Position numbers and translations under genes: made by a program
Shown: positions 53,313 through 64,000 of the stretch, piece by piece
How the letters are laid out: every line of letters starts with the position of its first letter
Position numbering within the stretch: position 1 is the stretch's first letter
From: Eledone cirrhosa
Lineage: Eukaryota
Length of the DNA: 64,000 nucleotides
Direction: 5' to 3'
NCBI GenBank assembly: GCA_964016885.1
Contig: OZ024740.1
Location: forward strand, 55,986,001-56,050,000
The notes under the pieces: generated by a model
Databases searched by the model: none
The model's input: the letters and a program-made list of their open reading frames with translations, nothing else
Told to the model about the DNA's origin: nothing

Positions 53313-55119
53313 TATATACATGTGCGTGTGCGTGTGCATGTGTGTGTGTGGGCGTGCGCGCGTGTGAGTGAGTGTATGAGTGTGTGCGTGTGTGGGTGGG
53401 AATGTGCTTGTGCGAATATTTGTGCATATATAGGTTCTCCCATAAGTACATCAATAACCTCCGCATGAACCAAGTCACACCCTACCATTGTAAGTTTACA
53501 TTGGATAATGTAGTTCTCGATATAAATGAAAAATGTTAGAATAGTCATAGCTGGTACACTTTTAATCATAGATATGGCCAATCTCAGTTAACATAGAACT
53601 AGGCAACAACAAGAACCATAACAACGACAGCAGAAGTATCAGCTGTACAGGAACAGTAGCCAGAGCTGTATTAATATACCCGAGCCAGCGAGGAAGACTA
53701 TATGCTCACTCTAATAGATAGAAATAGTCAAAATCTCTCCAAAATTACACGTTACTGCTTTCTATAATCGAAAGCCATAATGTAGTCTAAAAAGATTTGT
53801 CGGGATGCTTAAGGCTTCAAATTATTTGATAATATGATCGGCGTCGACGTGAAGTTAAAGAAAATCTACAAGAATAGGATGCACTCGATAACTACTTGCA
53901 TCTGGATAGATTAAATAAGTAAATATATCTCAATTGGTTGAAATGTATTTAAGTTTTGTCTTAAACTATTTCATATAGTAAACATTGGAAATTACAAACT
54001 TAGTTCAACGACACCATATCTTTAAAATGTTTAATCATTTTGAAAATTATGAGAGACGACTGTGGATATGTTACTGTCTTATTTGATTTCCTCAGCGATG
54101 TATACACTCTAATGTACTTACAAAGTATGGACAGAAGAATCAATTAGCATGTGCACAATATCGCACACAAATATCTATAAAAAAATTAATGCACTTTATA
54201 TATATATAAACCATTCGGTTAAATTGCGTCGAATAAGCTTGTACAGCCTCAACAATAACCCGTTGTTAATACGATGAATTCGTATAAACCAATTTCCCCC
54301 TAGATAACATAGTTTATAGAAACTGTCTCAAAATCTATTATAGCGCTGATTCTATGAACTTGTATAAACTTTCCTGCCAGTTCTACGATCATACATAGAC
54401 ACATTAAAGTAACTGCACATATCACATCTGCTTCCATGTTTGTATCACTAGTTAAATTTCATCGCATTATTTTATTTACCGTTTTCCATTTCTTCGTTTT
54501 TCCTTCAAACAAAATGATTAGGATTTTCTCTGAATTTGAGAATAGTTGAAAATATTAAAAAAATCATGTAACCCGAAGCAAAAGTTGCTGAAGACAGAAA
54601 GCTTATAGCTTAAAAAATATTTTCTTCATATTTTTGTTTCTCATCGAAGTCATGTATAACTCGTAGTCTATTGTTTATTTTCTGTTATCAAATGAATGTA
54701 GTCTGTAAGTCATCACTAATAGTAATTATAAATATTACCTTAATATTATAGATAGGTGTATTTTAATTCTAATTCATGTTTTTCTAGTTGTTCTTATAAT
54801 TATCTTTGGGTATTCGTGTAGAATTTGCCTGTAGCGTTTCCCTTTCATTTACATAATTCCCTTCGGCGGGGATTCAAACCAAGTTACTAACTTCACTTGC
54901 CGGGAATTTACATAATGTTCCACGGTGAGTTTCTACCAATGATGAAAGTAATATCAGATTTATTATTTAAGAAGAATTTATATATTCATCATAAAAATTA
55001 TTAATTACATTTACACCCACTCACACACACATATACGCATATATGTTTATAAATATATATATGGCGGCGATGAATTAGTTTTGCGAGGTTTTTTTATATG
55101 AAATCGTGTGTCGAAACAG

Positions 55120-56092
55120 ATATTGTTATATTTGGGGAGGGTCATATTTGCGTAATATTGCCAGAATTAATAACAGAACACACTCACTGTTTGGTTGGTT
55201 TTCGCTTCTCGCTGTCTTTTATATATATATATCTGCTATAGCATAAGATGTACAGAGGGTACTTGCAGAAACATGACAACAACATACATAGGTGAGACAG
55301 CTCGTAGCATAGGTGAAAGGATAGACCAACACTGGGGGGAACTAAAAGGACGAAAAAACGGGTCAGTACTATACGAACATGCTAGACAACAACATGACGG
55401 TAACATAGACAACATAGAAATTAGAATAATATCTAAACATAGGAATGACCCAGCAGATAGGCAAATCAGAGAGGCCAGTGAAATAGAAATTAGAAGACCA
55501 AAGCTAAACAGAAAGAATGAGTGGAACAACAACAACACCCAAACAAACAACACTGACCTAAGAGAAGTATAAATAAGTAAATAAAATAAAATAAAATAAG
55601 ATAAATAAATACATACACAAGCACATAAACACACACTAGTCACCCAGCAGACACAACACTATACACACTAGTCACACATCACACTATACACACACGCAAA
55701 CGCATGCGCAAAGAAGACAAAATAAAATAAGATAAACAAACAAGCAAATAAATAAATAAATATATAGACAGACTGAACAAAAAAAAATGGCGTAGACATA
55801 CAACACAACAGGAGGAACAATGAATATAACACCACTGACGATGTTGCAGATGTGCAACGAAAGATTTATGTAAATTATGTAAACTATATATATGTGTTTG
55901 TGTCTATATTGTATCTGTATTATTTTTGACCGCCGGTCAGTCAATGGCAACATTGAGGACCGAGTAAGTTAGATCGCAGATATATATATATAAAAGACAG
56001 CGAGAAGCGAAAACCAACCAAACAGTGAGTGTGTTCTGTTATTAATTCTGGCAATATTACGCAAATATGACCCTCCCCAAATATAACAATAT
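55120..56092 (+). mobile_element. 5'-truncated PLE (GIY-YIG + family-C terminal repeat) with inverted terminal segment at its 5' end
   Basis: YSIRC..C..TYIGETARSIGERIDQH..LYEHARQQH..RQIREA..PKLNRKNEW, same family as 35850-36180. 55120-55236 mirrors 55976-56092. HHR-like CTGACGA t gttgca gatg tgcaac GAAAG at 55831-55871. Confidence 0.88.
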
Positions 56093-56907
56093 ATATATGC
56101 ATATGCATATATATATATATATATATATATGGTGGCTGCCAACTCGTTTTCGAGTACGGCCACTACTTTATATCCATGTAGGAGAACCCCTACCGATGCG
56201 CTAAACGAATGTGACTTTTCAGTCCAGCCAGCGACTTGAAAACTCGGGTACAAACACTACACCTGTGACAATCATTGACACATAGTGCTGGGCCCATGGT
56301 ATCATGTGACGACAAGTGCAGAGAGATCTCCAGATATAAAGCAATGCCTGTGCCGTGAAGCTTTTATAGTGATCAAAAGCACTGCACAAAGCCAGTCCCA
56401 CTCTCTTAACCAAGATGATATTTACCAAAAAGAAGAACAAGTCAACATCATTGGATACCTTCAGGGTTGCAGGTGTTATATCAGAGTTTTCCTTCTCCTA
56501 GAATTCTGCCTTGACAAAGGCTAAGGGGTCATCTCTCCCGGTGATTTTGGATGGCCATTGACTCTTAAGAGCTCCTTTGCCCTTTGACAGGTTTTGTTTT
56601 TATTCCTGCAGGATGTCCAAAGTAACCCTCCTCACCAAGAAACCTTGGTGGGGTTGCCAGTTTAGTCGCCAACGACCCGACCATGAGTCTGGGATACATG
56701 TTACTGGGATACATGTTACCAGTAGCACCAACTGGTGACCTGACATACATATATATATACATACCTATATACATACCTATATACATACACATTCACACAC
56801 ACAACACACATATGTATATATATATATGGGGGGGGGCGTGTGATTTTAGTGTGGTGATATATATACATATATTGTTATATAATTGTTATAATATTGACAG
56901 AAATAAT

Positions 56908-57025
56908 AATTGTTTCTACTTTTTGGCACAAGGCCAGCAATTACCCAGTGTATTACTGGTACTTTATTTTATCGACCCCGTAAGGAGGAAAGGCAAAGTT
57001 AACCTCGGCGGGATTTGAACTCAGA
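56908..57025 (-). mobile_element. 5'-truncated SINE copy
   Basis: Same core as the other copies; cagaaataataat occurs on both sides. Confidence 0.8.
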
Positions 57026-57039
57026 AATAATAATAAAGC

Positions 57040-57266
57040 ACCCACACTCTTTGGTTTGGATTGGTTTTCGCTTCTGTATCTTTTGTATCGCGATATTCAA
57101 TTTATCTGGCAATCAATTTTTATCATTGATTGACCAATGCTTAAAAATACAGATATAAATATATACCTCTAGTTTATCAAAGTTCTTTCACTACACATCT
57201 GCGAAATCATCAGTGGCTCTATTATGTTTCCTCCCGTTGTATTGTAATGGCTACGCCATTTTTATT

Positions 57267-57305
<39 letters not shown>

Positions 57306-57330
57306 TTCTGTATCTGCCTCTGTTTGCGCA
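57040..57330 (-). mobile_element. Diverged family-C PLE terminal repeat
   Basis: Reverse complement resembles 55700-56030, with a decayed HHR-like motif at 57179-57216. Confidence 0.65.
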
Positions 57331-57389
57331 TATATATATATATATATATATATGGGCATGTATATATATATGCATGTATATATATATGC

Positions 57390-57433
<44 letters not shown>

Positions 57434-57509
57434 CGAAGGAAGTGTAGTAATGAACTAGGTGGACCATAACGCACCAGAGTATTCGATACTTTGGGTAGTA
57501 GAGTGGGTA

Positions 57510-57624
57510 ATAGGAAAATATTCAGGACCCCGACGGCAGAGCTCAAGCCGTTTCGACGGCTACTTCTGGACCAGAAATAGCCGTCGAAACGGCTTGAGCT
57601 CTGCCGTCGGGTCCTGAACCTTTT

Positions 57625-57629
<5 letters not shown>
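57510..57629. repeat. GC-rich near-perfect 120-nt hairpin abutting (TA)n
   Basis: ttcaggaccccgacggcagagctcaagccgtttcgacggctacttctgg a ccagaaatagccgtcgaaacggcttgagctctgccgtcgggtcctgaa. Confidence 0.9.
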
Positions 57630-57685
<56 letters not shown>

Positions 57686-57862
57686 ATATATATGCGTGTG
57701 CGTTTGCTAGGTTAGTATCCATGAACAGAGAGGGAGTGCATAGTAAAATATAAAACGTACCTTGGTTCCAACATTCTGTGTGAAGACGCTTGAATCTGCA
57801 AGTATTCTATGATCTTCGTAAACTTCAATCAGCAATTTTATTCTATAGAACAGTAATAGCTA

Positions 57863-57933
<71 letters not shown>

Positions 57934-57975
57934 GTAGTGGTGGTGGTGGTGGTGGTGGTAGTAGTAGTAGTAGTG

Positions 57976-58055
<80 letters not shown>

Positions 58056-58101
58056 GGTGGTGGTGGTGGTGGTCGTGGTGATGGTGGTGGTAGTGGTGGT
58101 C

Positions 58102-58146
<45 letters not shown>

Positions 58147-58147
58147 A
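57863..58147. repeat. (CAG)/(GTA)/(GTG) trinucleotide tract
   Basis: Seen directly. Confidence 0.95.
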
Positions 58148-58266
58148 CTTATTTATTTTTCCTCATTACATTAATAACTCCTAGACACCAAGTGGTCGAT
58201 GGGTGATCATGTGCTTTATTATAATGATACAATACATATGTGTGTATATATGTAAATGTAACGTAC

Positions 58267-58394
<128 letters not shown>

Positions 58395-58560
58395 TTATAT
58401 ATGTATGAAGTAACCAAGAAGAAAATTTAAAAAAAGACGATAATTTTATTAGTTGCTTCGGTCTCAGATTTGAATATAATGTTTCGTTTATATCAAATAT
58501 TTGAAAGATGCTTGGAGAAACCGATTTCTGTTATATTCTGTTTTATTTGAACACAGATAC

Positions 58561-58658
58561 ATAATTGTTTCTACTTTAGGCACAAGGCCAGCAATTAGCC
58601 AGTGCATTACTGGTACTTTATTTTATCGACCCCGTAAGGATGAAAGGCAAATTCAACT
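58561..58658 (-). mobile_element. SINE 3' fragment
   Basis: aattgtttctactttaggcacaaggccagcaatt..aaggatgaaaggcaaa. Confidence 0.8.
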
Positions 58659-60737
58659 ACATAATGTAGGGAATTAGATACCATATAGCAGGTGGCCCGA
58701 ACGTTTACAACTCCGTGTGATGGCAGGAGAAATTCTGTTATTATTTCACTCACTTTTCAGTTTTCTTAAATTATCCAGGAATATATCATATAACATAAAA
58801 TTCGAGAAGCGAATCGATGTTATAATAGGGAATTATCTGCCACTGCATTTGCACCCTTGTAGTGCCAGATAAAAGAGACACGCAATATACGAAAGGAACA
58901 AATAAAGCAGCCAATATGAAGCTTGATAAACATTAAACTATATAGCAATACGGGTTCAGTGCCTTTGGGCTTATATTACGTGTATGTTTAGCATGATAAT
59001 GTCTGAGCTACTTACAACACAGCAGTATCTCAGACTGAGTTGTCTTGCTTTAATATTTCAAGTGACTCAGTTAATCCATGGTGTTTTCTTGCCTTAACAA
59101 AGACAGTAATTGTTGTTCTATATTATAGATACTGATAGAGCAGTTATCGATATTATTATTAATATTATTAACATGTTCTTTGGGAGTGGACCGATGCAAT
59201 AAATATATTCTCTCAATTTTACTGTCATTTTAAGTTGCTGATAAGTCAGCATAACGTACGCTCTTGCATATTAAGGGATGATATTGGCCAAGTGACAAGA
59301 TACGAACGACTAGCCCCTTGAATTATTGTTCAGTAATCTAGCGAATAGGCCATTTATGCTGCGTTTTCAACGAAATGACCAAGTATACTTATATTATTTA
59401 CACTGACGCAACTTTTAAATTTTATCATTTTTATAGTGAAACATTAGTAAAACAGTCGGTTGTTTGGAGGAGGTACAGCCATCTTGTTAAATTTAAAAGT
59501 TGATAGATTTGTTGTGTTTCTGATTAAGACACTTAAATCTGTATGCCTCAATCCATATCATTCCATAGGAATTGAAACCAGATCCAAAAATATTAACTGC
59601 ATTGTTCTATTTTGAAATGCGGAATGTATTTTCTACATACATTTTAAATGACTAAACTACGCTTTACTTACAAAAAGGGAATGGTCACAACACTAAAGTT
59701 TTTGGCGAACGGTTTTCTTGGTGAGACTTATTTTTATTTCAAAAACTGGAACATGGAGACTTAAGTTCAACTGCAAGTTTCGGATTCTACAAGGGATAGG
59801 TTTCTACTATCGCTTTTAGAAGAATATTTCAATACGTTTAGAAGTCAGCTTTTCTTATTTCTTCTCAACTTAGCCCCAATATTTTCTGACTGCTGATCTT
59901 TTAGAATTTCTTGGGATATCTTAAGGATGTGGGTTAATAAAATGTCTACCATGTTTTTCTCCTTCCTTTTTGATTACTTTATTTTACTCTAAAGCTGTGA
60001 ACTTCATCGCGTTCTGGAAGAAAACTTTTACACTTCGGGGAAATTGGCACACATTTCCTTAATTTCACGGTGCCCACAAATCTTTAGATAGTCAGAGTTC
60101 TTGCAGCATATAATTATATCTAATAATGACGAAAATATCAAAACGTGATGTAAAAGAGGTTTCACATATACATTGACAATATAAAAATGAAGGAACAAAA
60201 GAAACACAAACAAAAATAAATTAAGAAAATGCAAAAAAATATTACATTTTTCAAATTCAAACGTAAATCTCATGACCATACTAATTAAATTATATCAACC
60301 TTATCCAAAATTTTTTACATTCTTTCAAAGAAAAAATTGAAGATGTTCTATCATTTTTTAACATGGAATGTATCTAACAAATACATCAGTATTTAATCAT
60401 CTTATATATTTCAAAACCTGAGACACTTATGTGACAAATTGCATTTATAAAACACATTGCGCACACGCACATGCAACCACAAAGATATACACATACATAT
60501 ATATATATATATGTATATTATATATATATTATATATATATATATATTATATATATATATCATATATATATTATATTTATACTATATATTTATAATATATA
60601 TATATATTATATATATGTATTATATATAATATATATATATATATTATATATATATATATTTTATATATATATATATATTATGTATATATATATATATAAA
60701 GTATATATATATATATAAATACATATATATATATATG

Positions 60738-60778
<41 letters not shown>

Positions 60779-61723
60779 ATACATATATTCCGTTTACCAA
60801 TATATATATATATATATTAGGGAGGCAGCTACTCAAACACAAATATACATATAGAGACGTAGAAATATACATACCTATGTATGAATATGCACACAAACAG
60901 GCACATATAATTAATGAATATATATAATCGTAAACACACACACACACACTCACACACACACTCAGGCACACACACATACACACACGCAAACATTAGATGT
61001 ATAGGATTATTTATTAATAATAAACCGAATTTGGTAAAGGTCATTGAAATGAGAGCATCTTACCCTCTGGCTATGACCTATCTCTTTAATTACATGTTAC
61101 CTATATACAAGAGTAAAATAACTTAGTCGGCTTCATGGTCAGAGGTAATCATATAAAACATGCTAAAGATGAGAAGTATCCTTGTGTTTAATCAATATTT
61201 ATCCCCCAATTCTGTTTATGAATTAACAAGGTTTTTGGTACTTCGTTGTTTTGACCAAAATTGTTCAATTCACTATCTCCATATTTCATATATTTTAATA
61301 AATATATGAGTAGTCCGGCTTGTGGGTCTGTGAATATAAAAATTTCAGTATTTGTGCGTTGGTGTTCGGTTGCGTGCGTACATCTGTGAGTTCATGTGGG
61401 TGCCTTTGTGTGTTTATGTGTATGTACATGCGTCTGTGAGTACGGTTAATCTAGTAAACAACCATATTCTAATGTAAATATACACCAGACGTTACCTTGT
61501 GTGTTGTCTTCGTTTAATGCTAAAGAAATGGATTTCTGACCAACGGTGATATTAAGCAAATTGTGAAATTTTACAAACATGCACACATGCACAAAAACAA
61601 ACACACACAAATATAAGCACGTGTATACAACTATACGTATAGATATTGGCTTAAATTCAACGTGAAATGCATCCAGGCTAAACCAACAGTAACAATATAC
61701 TTAAGAGGACGCACACTATACAC

Positions 61724-62006
61724 CAGGCGTGGGCAACGTTTCCAGAAGCGGGTCGCATGAGATATGGCTCATCATCAGGCGAGCCGCAAGCACTAATTTA
61801 CATTCGTGCCCACATTAAAAAAAAGGGGGCAGTAACTCTGGTTGTTTTGATTTGTTTCTTCAGAATTCGTACACGTTGTTTTCCTCGATCGTAAAAATGA
61901 TAGAAAGATAAATTACGACTGAAAAGTTGGGGTTAAAAGAACAGAAAGATTTCACTTAGGTGACTTAGGCGAGAAAGCTTCACGTGCCGCAGGTAGCCTA
62001 TGACTG
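61724..62006. mobile_element. hAT-type MITE (283 bp) with 8-bp TSD
   Basis: TSD ctatacac at 61716-61723 and 62007-62014. Imperfect TIRs caggcgtgggcaac and gtagcctatgactg match at 10 of 14 positions. Confidence 0.8.
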
Positions 62007-62070
62007 CTATACACCTTCATTCATCTTCATTCCGACGGATCAATATAGTGGGTTACACCATACATTGTTA

Positions 62071-62126
<56 letters not shown>

Positions 62127-62411
62127 TTTAAATGAACTGTAATCCAGGATCAACCTCTGCTTTAAATTCACTTTTATCCAGATTGGCTGGTTGGACCAGC
62201 CTTAATTGGCATCAGTATTAACAATTATATCTTCTCTGAGGATTCTATACCAATAGCATTAACAACAAAGTATACACGTGCGTATACACACATACACACA
62301 TACACACACTGTTACTCGCTTTGGTATATGGATGTAATGTAAGAAGGATGTAATGTAATGTAAGAAGTAACATTTGGTTTTAAACATATTACATCTCCCT
62401 CATTTATTTTG

Positions 62412-62450
<39 letters not shown>

Positions 62451-62512
62451 AGTCAGAACCCCGATGGCTGAGCTCCGGCCATTTGGACAGCTAGATTCGA
62501 ACTAAGCCATCA

Positions 62513-62545
<33 letters not shown>

Positions 62546-62798
62546 AATACAATGATATTAAATAATGGGGACTATATTTATAAAACCATATTTATTCTAA
62601 CAACAATAATAATACTATTTATAGTTATGTATATACTATAAATAACTATAAACAGGAAAGGTCTGTAATTTCCTACTACCTTATTACCAGTAAGAGAAAT
62701 AGCTCAATGTAAGAATGTCAGGTGTTTTACAGAGCAGGAAAATAAATTAGACAATATTCAAAGTTTTGAGCAAAACTTTGATAATTGTCTAATTTATT

Positions 62799-62859
62799 TA
62801 TTTTATTATATATATTTCAAGGGTACCAACATTTTGGTACGCTATCATCAGATAAAATA
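62799..62859 (-). ncRNA. Type I hammerhead (family B variant) in a PLE terminal region
   Basis: Reverse complement reads tattttat CTGATGA tagcgtaccaa aatg ttggtaccctt GAAA tatat ATA ataaaata. The family-B end sequence gatattaaataatgggactatatttataaaacc lies at 62554, next to (TA)n. Confidence 0.65.
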
Positions 62860-64000
62860 CGAAGTGTGTTTTATAAATTTTGACATAACCAAGGAGAATA
62901 TACCTTAACGGTTCAAGTTATCCTTGGATAGTGAAGGGATAGGAGAAGAAAAGTCATATATTTCAAATTATTAAGATGAGTATGCAAATGACGTTTAGAT
63001 AAAAGGGCTGAAAAAACGTTATTTTAGACGCTATGGAAAATTTAAATAATTATAAGTTATTGTATGCGTAGGAAAGAAGAGAAAGGAAGAAGAGCTAGCA
63101 TTTACGTTAATTTTGGGGAAAAAATTTATTTACCTATATTATGAGTTATAATATTGTATATATAATCAATTAGATTATATGAAGAATTATGGTTGTAAGA
63201 ATTTTTATCTTATTACTTTACCATAGGTTATATATATATAAATATCTATATATATATTAATAAATTGCGTATGTATTAGTTGTTTATATATCAAATATGA
63301 GTTACGAAGAATGTTGATTTTGTATTTTACTTAAAAATAGGTGGTTCAAGTTGTGAGAGTAAAACAATTTGTGGATTTAAAAATGTTGTTCAACATTGAA
63401 AATGTTTTCAGATTATTGTTAATTTAGCGAAGCTATACAGATTATCAACATATGTTTATGTTTGCACGATTGCGAAAGGAAAGATAACTCCAATATTGTT
63501 TCTGAACCATTAAATTAGATGAATGATTTACTCCAAAATATATATAGAAAATTATATATTATTTCGTGTGAGATCCATTATTTTAGTCGAAAGATGTGTG
63601 AATGTTTGAATAACAAAAAGAGAGAGGAAAAATGTAATGTGTTTTTCGAAGATCTATCGTAAAGAGGGTCATTTAGAGGGAATGCATGCCCTGCTTTCCA
63701 GGTTACCCTTCACCACTGATATATATATATATATATATATATATAAACAAATAGTAAAAAGGAAAAAATTAAGGAGAAAATGATGGAGGGATTTTTTCAG
63801 TATCAAAAGATTTATTTGTAAATTGCGTATTTCCGCAGAGAACGATGGACAACCTCGGTCAGAGATGTGAACTCTCCTCTCTAAATATATATGTAAAAAC
63901 TAATAATTTTTCTTCCTCATTTTATTATTCGTATAAATATGCAACTTAACTGCACTTTGTACGTCCGCCGTCGAAAATGCATATAATGCTGAAACCCCTA

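Overview
AT-rich, microsatellite-dense animal genomic DNA. The SINE family and repeat style suggest a cephalopod such as Octopus (inference). I recognise no host protein-coding gene; most long ORFs in the track are microsatellite artefacts. The window is mostly dead mobile elements: two RTE-type LINEs, at least six Penelope-like element (PLE) relics (RT and/or GIY-YIG), about eight same-strand tRNA-derived SINEs, two non-autonomous Helitrons, a hAT MITE, and a 6.6-kb (GGT)n higher-order array. The main hidden signal is RNA structure. I find about 20 type I hammerhead ribozyme (HHR) motifs from about nine sequence families, most with a palindromic stem III, located in PLE termini and in non-coding retrozyme-like units. 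These include a 469-bp tandem-plus-inverted array (2021-3560), a 320-bp monomer with an extended HHR (22744-23088), and nested palindromes with four HHRs (38544-39797). Their 3' ends nearly always abut (TA)n, and they are often arranged as divergent inverted pairs. All folds were read by eye and have not been computed.
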